A stretch of DNA of 63,325 bases, the filler included, from Perkinsus chesapeaki ATCC PRA-425 (Eukaryota; Protista; Perkinsozoa), in assembly GCA_013115145.1 (NCBI GenBank). It is 4 parts of 4 records of this genome, joined end to end, with 100 filler letters (N's around TTAATTAATTAA, not from the genome) between each part and the next. Parts side by side here need not be neighbours in the genome. Positions count along the whole stretch, not along the records: positions 1 to 26,598 come from JAAPAO010000505.1; positions 26,699 to 42,628 come from JAAPAO010000717.1; 2 more parts are not named here. The stretch is one strand, 5' to 3'. Shown piece by piece: positions 24,526-36,813 of the stretch; the first letter of the stretch is position 1, and each line of letters starts with the position of its first letter. The position numbers were made by a program, and so were the translations under genes. The notes under the pieces are model-generated. The model was not told the DNA's origin, made no database searches, and was given only the letters and a program-made list of their open reading frames with translations.

Positions 24526-26598
24526 AAATGAGCATTAAATTACATACTTTGCATCCCTATTGAGTTTGGAAACTGAGCTTGAGGAAGCTGGCAGGTACTG
24601 CCAGAAGATCAGAAACCTTTTTAGGAGCTTCAAGCTGGAATCTGCATCGTTTTTAGTCTCGACGAGACAAGGATCTCCGCGCACCTCTGCATCGCCGAAA
24701 TGCCCACCAAGGCGGTTTCTAGACTTACCGAAGCGTGGGACTCGGAAATCGCGCACACTTTTGGAAATAAACCTGTTGTGGTCGATTTGTTCGAGGGGAT
24801 CATGACGTGTTGTTTGGCCCTGGTGAGCAGGAAACGCGAGAATGAAATTGCGGAGTGTAAAAAAGTAAACATGTTATCAGGCTCTCGCCCGCAAATAGGA
24901 ATTTGCGATGTGAGAAAGGTAACCGTTGAGTGACTTGTATTGATCAGGGTGCAGCGGCTCTGGCAGTTGGCGCTCCACTGGGGTTGATGACAGGGCCGTA
25001 CAGTGTTCCATTCTTGGAACTCTTGCCAGTGCAGGTAGGTCTACTCTGGAGAAATGTGAGTTATTATGTCATATATCAGGCAGCGCTGTGGTATGCCTCG
25101 TCTTGCGTTAATTATTCCTTCTGTCATGAAGGTCAGAGTGTACCGATTGCAGTGACTGGTGTTGCAGCTTTTGGTAGGGAAGGGGCTCATCAAGGTTCGT
25201 AGAAATGTGTTCGTCCATGGGCAGAAGTAGGTGAAATAAAAATGAGATTCTGGGGCATTTGGTTCTCTTCTCACTAGTAGGTGAACACTCGAAACTCGAT
25301 ACAGACATATTTTGAATTTCTGTAAGTGATGTGAAATCTTCTGGTAGTGGTTAAAGTTAAAGTGAAGGTAGTGTTGAATCTGTTCTTGTACTTCTTTTTC
25401 CCTTACAATTTTCATCACCTTCTCCCCGTTGGAAGATATCTGTGCTCTATGACTGCATGGAGAGGAGTTTCTCGGCGGCGTTACTGCTCGTAGATTACTG
25501 TAGTGCCTTGCGTTTGCTGTCAAAATTCCATCCTTGGAAGGCTCCCCCGGAACCGCCGTTAGCCCGGATGAAATATCCTTCAGGTCTGGCAGCATATCTT
25601 GGTGGCCTTCATCAAGTATTTACGACGTGTTGGTTCCTCAACTCGTCGTTTTTGCTATGGCGAACGTAAGCACGAAAGAACCGCTTTCATCGGTGCACTG
25701 TTCTCTGTCTGTTACATATCCCGACAGACACAATAATGGATTTGAGCGTGCTGAGTGGAAGGCAAGAAGGCTCCAGGGATCCGACTGGCTCTCGAAAAAA
25801 CATGCCAAAAATGTGCTCCAGGTGAGCACCTCGAGATGGGAAAAGAAAATTTTACCGAGAAATTCCGTAAAAAATGAAGCTGTTTTCTCGCAGCAACGAG
25901 ATATGGGGAATATGTCGCGGGACAGGAAGCGAGTGTCTGCAGGAAATTTAGTGGTTTCCGAGCTCGCTTCGTGGATGGCGATCGAAATATGTTTTGCTGC
26001 TGTCAGTGGTGGTTCGGGGCTGGCATGATCATGGCAACTGTGATGGGGCGAAACTTCAGCTCGAGATCTGGTATGGTCCATCGCGAGGCTGATACAGAGA
26101 GTATGTCACTGGAGATGAAGGGAACGAACGTTGAATCACGAACGGCAAGGATGACCTCATGATTGTCACGACGGGAGTCCGACATGTTTCTGACACCTCT
26201 AGCTGTTTTGTCTGCAGAATGGGGCTGGTCGATCGTGAAAGGGTCTCTTTTTCAAGCGCAATACTGGGAGTTCTACCGCCGTCCTTAGTCTTTAGAGCTC
26301 AATATCCCCACTGTATCGCCGTAGGGAGGGCACTTGTTGCCGTAGCAGACGATTGGAGATCCAGCAGAATTCCGCCATGCTTCATGACTATTCTACTTGG
26401 GCCATCTCAAGCATGCAGCTGCCGCCCGAACATCGCCCGAAGATTATTTCCAGGAGGCAGGTGCCAACTTGCATGTGTCTTGCATATATTCGCGCGCTTT
26501 TGAAATTCCGCTATCTTTCTTTGGTTTTGTAGAGAGTTGACGTTCATCGCCACTGGTGTTACTCAAATCGTTGCCGGGCATAGAAATGCAAAGGTATA

Positions 26599-26698
26599 NN
26601 NNNNNNNNNNNNNNNNNNNNNNNNNNNNNNNNNNNNNNNNNNTTAATTAATTAANNNNNNNNNNNNNNNNNNNNNNNNNNNNNNNNNNNNNNNNNNNN
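26599..26698. other. Assembly gap with six-frame stop linker
   Basis: 44 N + TTAATTAATTAA + 44 N. Confidence 0.98.
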
Positions 26699-26957
26699 CA
26701 TGCAATAAGATATAAGAAACTTTTTGATCCCATCCCATTTCCATGTCGAGTTCAACCACTAGACCGCCACGTGCGCATCTTGTAGTTTTTCTGCACAGCG
26801 CATCCTGTGGTTTTTCCACGTGCGTGGGGACAGGTAAAACCCTATCGCTGTTGCATGGTTCTATCTTGTGAACTTGAGTTTCGTGTCTTGATCCACCATC
26901 GCATATTCTCTGGCGATTTTGTTCTTCTATCAGGCACGATTTAATAAGCCAGTTTAC

Positions 26958-28667
26958 ATGAGTCGACGTCGCACACTTTCGTTCTCCGACTCTTCGGTCC
27001 GTAACCGCTGGGTGGACCGTAATGGAGCACAAGCTGCTGTCCAATTGATTCTGGCATCGAAGCACAATGATCCAAAAGCGTGCCCTATCTCATCTATTCC
27101 TAGTGACGTCATTATTGACAATATTCTGCCCTTCATTCACTTCGACCAGCCGGTTAGAAACTGCATCTTCGTATGTGGGGGACGGTCATCCCGCGTAATG
27201 GACTCCAATCGCTACCTAAGCACTGTAGAGGTCTACGATGACTACACGCGTAAGTGGTCTAGAGCACCACCGATGCGCAACAAAAGAGTCGGTGCTGCTG
27301 CGATGGCCGTTGGTGATGAACTCTACGTGGTTGGTGGTTATCGCGCTCATCCCGATCAACCTCTTGGGTGCGTGGAAGTCTATAACCCTTGGCTTAACAG
27401 ATGGAAAAGGCTTCCCTCAGCGATGCAGATACCGCGCTTTGGTCACAGTCTTGCCGTTGTTGGCGATAGATATCTATACGCTATCGGTGGAGACTCTCGT
27501 CGCCAGTTGGTATCAGAAGTAGAGATATTTGACACCCACACTGATGAATGGCTTCAACCTCGCCAAAGCCTATCGCTACCAAGGCCGTTGGCTGGCGGTC
27601 GTGTCATAGAGAAGGATGGCCTACTATACATCGTCGGTGGAGATGTGGGCTCATCTCCCTTACAGTTCTCCGACCTCATCTATGTCTTGGATACAACTAC
27701 TACTCCTCATGCTTGGTCGGTGCTTTCAGTGCGTCTTAGTGTGGGGCGATCAGCGTGCGCAGTTGCGTGGCTGGACGAATCGAAGAGCGCCATTGGCGTG
27801 TTTGGCGGTTATGTGGTGATTGATGGCGACTTCAAAGAGGTGTCAACGAGCGAGGTGGTCTCGTTGGATTCGGCTCACCTGGTCCCCCTAGATGACGCTA
27901 ACTCCCCTGGTCGAGTTATGCCGGCTATCTACAGCAGAAGCATCCCCGAAATGCCATCGACCAGAGCAGGGTGCAGAGCGGTCACTGTTGGTTCCCGTGT
28001 GATTTTGGTGGGAGGGGAGAACCCGGTTGCTACTGACACCTTTGAGGTCGATGACAGTGTCAGCGACTCCGTCTCTAGTCCGGCATCGGAGCGTTCGTCG
28101 TCTGAGCCCCCAGATATCTTGGCCGACCTCATCAACCATGGCGCTACTTCTAATGGTGCAACGGCTAGTATGTTTGCTCAGCTTGTGAATGGCCCTGAAG
28201 ACCAGCGTCCCGACTCCCCTGGTTCCACCACAGGAGACGAATCCTTGCCGCACGGTGCTGCATCGATCGATGAGGCAGTCACCAGAGCGATGCATCGCTA
28301 CTTCACTCTGGTGCACAGTACGAGACCAAACGCTGAGGCGTCCAACAATCGAGAGCGTGAGGCTGCTGCTCGACTGCTGCAAGAGATCACTAGAGCCTTG
28401 CGTATACAGGCTGCCCACGCAAGAAGGCTGACTGAGCCCGTGAGGGTGGTCCACGACAAGCCATTAGTTTTCGACTCGGCCAAATGGCAGTGGGTCGACG
28501 AACAGGCGTTGTTTGCTGGACGCACTGCCGCTGCTATTTCTGTTGGTTCTGCTTTCCCTACAAGCTATGGCTGCTTACCACGACGTTTGAGCAGTCGTAG
28601 TCTGACGCACTGCAGTAAAAGGAGTCGGGTGGAATGCACTCCTAGCAGCTCGGCAAGAAGAAGATAG
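26958..28667 (+). CDS. Intronless Kelch-repeat protein (6 blades) with N-terminal F-box-like motif
   Basis: ATG 26958. ISSIPSDVIIDNILPF followed by six GG-containing Kelch repeats (FVCGG, YVVGG, YAIGG, YIVGG, GVFGG, ILVGG). Confidence 0.9.
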   Translation: MSRRRTLSFSDSSVRNRWVDRNGAQAAVQLILASKHNDPKACPISSIPSDVIIDNILPFIHFDQPVRNCIFVCGGRSSRVMDSNRYLSTVEVYDDYTRKWSRAPPMRNKRVGAAAMAVGDELYVVGGYRAHPDQPLGCVEVYNPWLNRWKRLPSAMQIPRFGHSLAVVGDRYLYAIGGDSRRQLVSEVEIFDTHTDEWLQPRQSLSLPRPLAGGRVIEKDGLLYIVGGDVGSSPLQFSDLIYVLDTTTTPHAWSVLSVRLSVGRSACAVAWLDESKSAIGVFGGYVVIDGDFKEVSTSEVVSLDSAHLVPLDDANSPGRVMPAIYSRSIPEMPSTRAGCRAVTVGSRVILVGGENPVATDTFEVDDSVSDSVSSPASERSSSEPPDILADLINHGATSNGATASMFAQLVNGPEDQRPDSPGSTTGDESLPHGAASIDEAVTRAMHRYFTLVHSTRPNAEASNNREREAAARLLQEITRALRIQAAHARRLTEPVRVVHDKPLVFDSAKWQWVDEQALFAGRTAAAISVGSAFPTSYGCLPRRLSSRSLTHCSKRSRVECTPSSSARRR

Positions 28668-29172
28668 AAGAAGCTGTACGATATTATAATCCGTTAACAG
28701 TTGTCCGTTTGACCACCATATATCGCTGCTGTTTGGGAGGTAGTATTGATACTATCGAGAAGCTCCCCTCGATGAGCTCTTGATGAAGGAAGTGAGCGCC
28801 GTTGTAATGTTGTCGATGACGTTAACCAGAGCGAGTTGTTTAACAATGCTGTAGCAGAGGAACTGGCTGTTCTGCGATAGGCTCAGAGGATTAGTAGTTG
28901 TGCACGTTATATAATTCATTACCCTTCTGCTCGCTGTACGCTTCGACACCATCGCCGTTGTCTCTACCACCTGCATCCGTGGCATCTGGTGGAGGCAAGG
29001 TTTATAAGTGTCTTTGCGTGTTTAGCATTAAGTTGATAATCGGCAGCAACGAGTGACGCAAGCCTCGCTTGTTGCCCTATCAACTGGATGCATGCATGAT
29101 GAGTAGATTAATGCGTTGGGCAGCTGGTTGTTGTGTTAGAGTAAAGGGGGAATGGTGGTGATGTAGTTGGCA

Positions 29173-31790
29173 ATGAGTGCAGCAGCAATACCGTTGGGGA
29201 TGCCTACAATGGCGGAGTGCCCGCTGATGATAGGTAGTGGGGAGGCGGGGGACGATGGTTTCGGGTATCCACAGTCTGATGGTCGCACATGGTGGGCATA
29301 GTGATATTGAGACAGTGAAGGAGCCTAGTACAGATTAATCTCACTGGGGATGTGATAATATCTGTCGATAGTATCGACATACTATACTATGATATACTAT
29401 ACGGTATCGACTCGATACCGTATAGTATATTTGGGCTAGTAGGAGTGAAGTATGAAGCATTGCTGAGTTCATGTCTATGGGCAACTAGGAATACCCTGTA
29501 GAGTCGTAACTATAGTTGCTTAAACACCTATTAATAATGATCTAGTTGAAAGGGTAATGCTTGTACGTAAATCATTGGGTTGTTGCATGGTTGTTCTAAT
29601 ACGCGTCTCATCGTAGGTGTTCGGTTATCCGGCTCCGAGGTGGTGCATGAGATCGTTAAACCCGGAGCAACTCTGCCCATCAAAGATAAGCTGGTGAGGT
29701 TGACAACGGCACATGATGGGCAGTCAGCGGCATTGGTGGAGATTGTTGTTAGTGGTGGCAGAACAGCTGCTGGGTACTGGAGGGGGGCGAGGGTGCTGCT
29801 TGATGGAAGAGCGCTACTTAAGCACCACCGTACTTGACTGTGTTGATGTATAATAGGTTGTTCTCGCACTTGAACTTTATGAAATACTTCTTATGTCACC
29901 AAGCCACGAAATTTTCCGGTGCTGAGAGGGATCAATGAGACCCACTCTATCGTGCCATGACGTTTGAGGAGCCCTTCTACTCCTGTGCACTCCTTGTCAT
30001 ATCTCAGCGCCTGTCGAACCCTGCTCGTTCTGGATCGCCAGCTCGACACTTCAACAAGCCACTTTCAAGGCTTAGTCCAGTTAGACTTACATTTGAACGT
30101 GACGGTGTACGGTGAGGTTGCGGCTACACTGGACGAGCTGACGGACTTCAGAGGTACCGCAGATCCCGCGGTATCAGCAGTGACCCTTTCGACGGTAGAA
30201 CCGGAACCCCCGGCAACCGTTGGTCGAACCCTGCTGCTCGACACCCCCAACTTGCCTAGCTCGCTCAATGACGGCACTCGAGGGGTTCGTCTTTTCGTAG
30301 AGGGTGTTGGTCGCCACTTGCCCGGCCTTCTGCCGTGGCGTATCGTCAGCCTTCCTGGTGGTTTGAAATTGAGATTAAGGTAATAAAGATCCTGTTTTGG
30401 ACCTCGACTGTATGGCCTTAGACAGGAATCGGTCGAAAGTAGTTTCAAGTCCGTTGAGACGGACAAGACTGGCTGTGCAGTTTGGGAGTGTGGGGTGATC
30501 CTTGCTTACTGTCTTTGCCAAGCGGTCCTCCTACAAGGGCAGCAGTGCGCCCTAGAGGCAAGTGCTGGGGGATCTGTTGAGCGTTAGTATTTCTTTGCCG
30601 CGTCGCTGAAGCCGCGAAACTCTACCGGAAGTTTTCTGAGTTCCTTCATCATCATGGTATTCACAATTTTTCATGTTCTCCGCCATTCGTTGCTGAAATG
30701 AAGTGCTTTTGTTCACCTGTGCCCCTGCAACGCTTTCAAGTTTTACTGCTCCTGGACGGTTCCATTTCAGCTACCGCCGGTCGGCTCTGATTCCTACGGT
30801 GTTGAGCTTGGCTGCGGTACAGGTCTGGTCTCCCTCGCACTGGCTCATATGGGTGTGAAAATGGTCGTAACAGATGGCAATGAAAAGGTGAGAATCTCAC
30901 TCACTTAAGTCTCTCAAGGCTGGCACCTTCGCCGCCGGGATCGAGGGGAAAGACCGATCGCTGGGAATACTAGTTGCCGCCTATTTTCAGTGTTTGTTTT
31001 ACACTACGCGTTTTCTTGCTCCGCGGAATTTAGACCGCCAGAAACGAGTGTCATTACGGCGTCGTTTCCAGGTCATACAGTTAGCAGAGAGGAACATGCG
31101 AGAGAATCCTGGCATTCCCACAGATCGTTTGAGTTTTCGCAAGCTTATGTGGGGCAGTCGAGAGGACTCTGAGGCGTTATTCTACTCAGAGGGCGGAAGA
31201 CATCCTTCGATTGTTGTTGGTAGGTTGAGGAAAGAGGCTTACTGAATCCAATCCGAAGCTGCTTTCCGCACTGGTCCTTAAATTGATCCTGGATTTCACA
31301 GTGGCTGCTTTAAAACCCAGGAGCGTGTGCGTACTGAAATAGGCCATGACGGGAAGTAGGCGTATTATGAAGCAGCCAAGGTGGTGCTCGGGTCTTAGTT
31401 GTCGTAGAAAACGAAATGCCCGTTTCTTGCTAGCTCAAGAACTTTCCAATGGCAGGTAGCGATCTAGTCTACCCTCAATCGCCAGCTGATCCGCTCCTGG
31501 CAGCACTCGACCAACTAGCTGGGGACAACAGCGATAGTAACAGACGCTCATATCGTGTTAGCTTTGATGATGTTTGCTCAGGGACGCGTGTGATCATCTG
31601 CCTCAAGGAGAGAACACGAGACTCGTCCGATTTCATTAGCAAGGCGAAGAAGTGTGGATGGTCGGTGGAAGATCTCGGTCAGACTGATCGACGCCTTCTA
31701 CACCCAGATTTCATCGATGCCATTACTCAGCAACATCTGTTCTCTCTCGTGTGTTTGCGAAGCTGTGTTCGGTCTGAAATTTCACAGTGA
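29173..31790 (+). CDS. METTL21/EFM-family (family 16) protein-lysine methyltransferase with an N-terminal Hsp70 substrate-binding-domain-like module
   Basis: Exons 29173-29233, 29617-29773, 30008-30379, 30422-~30557 (donor uncertain, possibly GC), 30771-30887, 31072-31219, 31456-31536, 31582-31790. MTase motifs TGCAVWECGVILA, VELGCGTG, VVTDGN and GSDLVY. N-terminal ECPLMIG...TLPIK...TTAHDGQSA resembles Hsp70 SBD-beta. Confidence 0.82.
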
Positions 31791-32769
31791 AATGCTTCTA
31801 CTATAACGGCGCTGTGTTACAGTAGCACATATCTCAGTATTGTGCAAATTGTCTCCTTCTAGACTATTATGATCGGTCCTCCTACTGTATTGTATTGCTT
31901 TCCCTTCGCTGTCGATTTGTTGCAAAAAAGCGCGCAGATGCGATGTAGAGAGTTAGTGTCATTCTAGCAACCTAAACCTTCATGGCTTCTTTTACCACTC
32001 TTCTCGGGCCATCGGGGTGGTCACTTACTCTTTATCATCGTCTTGCCGCTCAGCTATGCTGTTTATGACACTGTAGTGTATGTATGCAGCTACATAGTTT
32101 ACACGCAGCATTTCCTTATCGGTCCACGGTGCCAATCATGCAGCTCTATTCTCATGCAGTGCTTCAGTGTGTAACTGTTCTGAACCACCTTACCTTATCT
32201 TGAGGATACGTAGCTTATCTGACTTACGAGCGTGATTCGAGTCCAACACCGGACTTCACTTTAATCGAAGTGGCTGCATTCTTTGCAGATCTTCCCTTTA
32301 TCATTTATAATGCTGTCCCTTAGTAATATCACCAAGTCAAGCTTGTCACTATCGACGGTTGCAACTAGACTCAAGCGAGTGGCTGTACTTCGACGACAGC
32401 AGTTCATCCTTAGACCATGTCTTTAATCATATATAGGTACACATTCGTGATGACTTCATTCGGGAGTCGACTAATCCATCGATTCGGAACTCTCGTGAGC
32501 TGTGTAAGCCGTTCCTCCTCGTTCAGCGTTTTCAAGGCTTGTATTCTCTCTTCCGCTCATCACAATATTTGGAATATTGGGTTTTTCTATTAAATTTTAA
32601 AAATATCGAATATTATATTTCCGCTTCAGAAAATTTAATTTGCGAAAATCAACCAGTTTTCCGCTGCTTTTTTTCGTTCGACTCCTCCGTCTAACCAAGC
32701 TGCCAAGTTGACCCTCTGCTACAACTACTATTTCTTTCAGCTTGGCTCCCTGAACTCGATACCTTTCCG

Positions 32770-34252
32770 ATGGAGTACTTACTGGCGAGTCGATCTCGTC
32801 CGGAGCAGCTTCTCCCGTATAGGGAGGTTAACATACCGAGTGGACCAACTTTCAAATTGAAGTACTCCACGGGGTAGTCGATGACTAAAGTTCCATCGAG
32901 ACTAATAACTGTAAGGCATTCCCTCGTACTTGTGCTTTTTTCGTATCTGTTTGATGGTTAACTTTTCTCTCTATCAGACAGGCAGCAATGTGGAGCTCCT
33001 TCGCTGGTTCACGATGTGACCACACCGGTCGCGGACTCTGGACCGCGTCGATTGTTCTGTCTCGTTATTTGTGGCGGACAAACTTCCTGGAGAATACGAA
33101 AGTAAGTTGCCGTTGATCTGTCCGCAAAAAATATCAGTCTAGAGGCTGAATTACTATAACCGTTGGAGGGATTTAATCAGCAACCTTTTACCGTGCTCGA
33201 GCGACAAACAAACTCTTCCGGGGAACTGGTATACTACCGAACTAATGATGACTATACATTAGGCCGAATCGCCAGCAGCGACTTTAAGCCGCTAGCCATG
33301 GCGAATACAACTCGAGGTAATCACTGAAGTAAAACTACACCGGTCAGCTTATCCCTGCGTTTCGCATATATACAAGAATCAACACCTGATTCGTTAGAGT
33401 CCATCAAACTAAAGGGGTTATAAAGTGCATGTAGCTAACGCTCCAGGAGTTCTTCTCACCACAGTCGCATATGCTAGATAGATGACATCCCAGTGAAAAA
33501 GAGCCATCCTTCTATCCGGTCTCAGGGTCCCATTCTGGACTTGGGTTGTGGTACTGGACTACTAACAATGGTTGCGGCTGAATGGGCTGTTCAGAATGGT
33601 AAACTCAACGACCGGCAACTGCTGCAAGTCATTGGAATCGATTGCAACGATGAGGTATCTTCCCTAACCGCTATCGGTAACCTTACGTACATGGATGCAA
33701 ATCAGACTGTCGAGCTAGCTCGAGAAAATGCTGTGGCTAACGGGTATGCAAATAGACTGACGAGCGGCAGTATGGAGCTCCGAACGGTCGACTGGTCAGA
33801 TGCGAAGAGCCTGCAAGAGCTCAGAAATATCATTGGGAAACCTGGACTCATTCTCGGTAAGCCACAATGAGTGTGAGTATTGCTATGTCTAGTTCATCTG
33901 GACTCCTCTGTATTGCAGCAAATATTCACCCTCTTAGGTAGCGATATAATTTATCCTGGACCGGAGTCCCCCATTCAGCCGCTACTCGCAGCGCTTGACT
34001 TACTGGCCAACGAGGACACCAGTAGGGAAGGAACTGCTGCCAGTCTTTAGCTTGGTTCATCTCACAGGTATCTTGTTGTCATTCCGTGAGCGGTCTCGAA
34101 TAGTTGCCCATTTTGTGGAAGAGGCGGAGCAAGCTGGATGGAAAGTTAAACCATTGAGCCAGAATGATTTTGAAATTGATGTTCCTGTTGACGTATCGAG
34201 TCCTGTGCTATTCGATTATCGAGACTTCCGCCTTCTAAGGCTCTCGAAGTGA
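32770..34252 (+). CDS. METTL21/EFM-family protein-lysine methyltransferase, tandem paralog lacking the Hsp70-like module
   Basis: Exon 32770-32861, then from 32978: KQAAMWSSFAGSRCDHTGRGLWTASIVLSRYL; ILDLGCGTGL; VIGIDCN; VDW; GSDIIYPG...LLAALD; stop 34252. Intron positions are shared with the upstream copy. Confidence 0.85.
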
Positions 34253-35229
34253 TCTATACAACCGATGCGTTGTGTTTGTCAAGTGGAGTGGCTAACGGCT
34301 CTATAGATTATACTGGCCAATCAACGTTCCCTAGCAAACACATTATCACTACCGCGTTATCCTCTGATAGTTGTGCGGCACCCAGGCGCACTTGCACTGC
34401 AACGGTAGCAATTTGTTGATGTCGAAATGCATTCTTAGCAGCTTTCAACACTTCACAAGTCGCTCACTGTTCAGAACCCGAACACTTCGCAGTGTCCGTT
34501 CCCACACTACGTAAGCAACCTTCTGGTGAAACTACTCTCTTATTTCGTATGGTATGTTATAGTGACTCATTAGGACCTTCACTAAATATTGCTAAGACCT
34601 CTAAACCAGTGAAATCAGTGTGGTCCAAACGCGAAGCTTTCGACTTGCTTACTCCTGGCATGTCAGGAACTCTGGTAGACCATCGCCACATTCGCGAGAA
34701 GTGGATAAGCTCATCGCATCAGCAATAGACGGAGTGGGCTCGTTAGTTAACGAGACCCTCCTTCTTGGCAAAGTAGAACAATACGACCAAACTAAGCCCT
34801 CCGGTTCATCTTCAGGTTGTCTCCCAAATTGCAGGGCAAGAAGTTCGAACGAATGCTCAGGCACTCGAGGAGTCCATCCAAAAAGTGCTAACGCGGACGA
34901 GGCTCCCAGAACCTTCAGGTTGAGCCGTGCTTGAGATGTGTTGATTTTCAGAAAGTAGAAGATTATTTGAACTCCTCTCAAGCGGTCGAACAACTTGGTA
35001 CGTATAGGCTTTTTAGAAAGCATGGTTGTTGATTTGTGCTACTGATGGATATTTCCTTTTTGATCTCACCATAGTTACTGTTTCAGGTGAGGAACGTGTG
35101 AAACTTATTAAGGAACAACTAAATGCTAGTGGGGAGGTTTTGAGGGGAGTCATTACTTTCTTGTCCACAACCTCTGAGAGTAGGGCGGGGTAGAATTATC
35201 TTAGCGCATCCTCCCCATCTACAGGCTCG

Positions 35230-36340
35230 TTGGAATCGTCGATAGCAGTGCTGAACAAGTCACTAAGTCTCATGGAGATCCCGATTGCGATCCTTGGGCC
35301 ACAGGCGAAGCGAGATAGCGAAGTACACGAGTGGTGGCGGTCGGGAAGTCATTCACCCAGTCACTTAGGTGCAAGAGAGAATCCTTTCTGGTCTGAGCTC
35401 CCGGGCCGGAAGCAACTCGGTACGCATCTTTCGACGGGATTGAAGCTCGCCAACTACTCTCAGATTTCGAACCAGTCTGATCCACGGAGATTGATACAGT
35501 TCATTCGGCATGTATCTCGGCAGAGGCAGGAACGTCTGTCGGAGTATGTAGATGCTCTCTTGGCCAGCGGGCAATTGACGGTAAAGCTGATATTACTCTT
35601 AAAGGATATGATTCTAATATTCAGAAACATCCTCTTGTACCTCACGAGTTCGAGAAGAAGCTTTATCTTGACATACTCAGTATCGTAACTTTTGCTTTTG
35701 AGAATGGCATGGGAAGCCTTGACAACCTACAGCTGTGGGGGCACGCCGTTAAAGTGATGATGGAGGTTGCTGAATAATGGCTTCACGCATCGCTCAGGTT
35801 CGTTCGCTACAAGCTTCAGAGCCTTTCATGAATCTGACGATCGGCGGGTCATCGATGCATGGAAGGGAACAGCTCGGAGTTATCGGTGAGCATCTCTCAT
35901 TCTTGATTAGCCCGCGCCGAATTGCTTTTTCTGCAGTTGACTCCATGCTAAGTGACGAGTTTGTGAACAATCCTTTGATACCTGACGCTGTTGAGCGAAG
36001 CCTTTATCTCAACACTGTTATTCTCATATTTCGGTAACAGTCTGACGTGAGTCGAAAAAGCTATTGCTGCCAATTCAGGATAATCGAGGACCTATCACAC
36101 TCTTTGCATGTCACCTTCATGGGCCATCGTTTGGAGTGGAAGTTGAGTAGGTCGCCGTTGAGGGCAACTTACCTCTAGGCTCTCGGTCCTCTCCAGCTCC
36201 TTTGGATATCGCACAAGTTCGTTGCCAAAAAGCACCTGCACATATTAAGTTGAATGAAGAAGTCATTGATCGCCTCGTTAAGGAGCTGCTTTCCGATTCT
36301 AGCATCAACGTATTTTGGATCCCGGATATCATTGGTGAGC
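35230..36340 (+). CDS. Hypothetical multi-exon protein with two internal 'LLSD..(V/I)N...IPD' repeats; boundaries uncertain
   Basis: VDSMLSDEFVNNPLIPDAVERSLY (about 35937) and VKELLSDSSINVFWIPDII (about 36280). Confidence 0.45.
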
Positions 36341-36813
36341 CGTCCCGGGCTTATAGTTCAAAAAAAACTTATTTAAAACTGTACTTTATACAGCAGTACT
36401 GTTCGAAGCATGTGCTCCAACAGCACTGCTTAATGTATTGTGAAATGTGACGGGTAAAAAAGCCGAGTACGTGGGATCATAGGTTGCGGTTCGCACAAAA
36501 AACAAGGTTTAGAATGGTGGAAATCTTACTGTTGTGATTGCTTATCTCAAGTGTTGCCAATAAAACGAAGGAAGGTTGTCCCCTGGTAACAAGTAACGCA
36601 GAAACCAGTGATAGGGAGGATGATAGTATCGTGAGATTGAATGTAAATGAATGCATCGGCTAACAAGTACCAAATGCTCATATCAGAATTGTTTATGGAG
36701 GGGCACGACACCCCTTAGCAAGAATACTAGAGCACCTCTGAGCACCAGTAAACTGCAGGATAGTTGAACAAGCCGGAGTCGGCTTGTCGCTTCGGCATCT
36801 GTTAAAGACTTGT

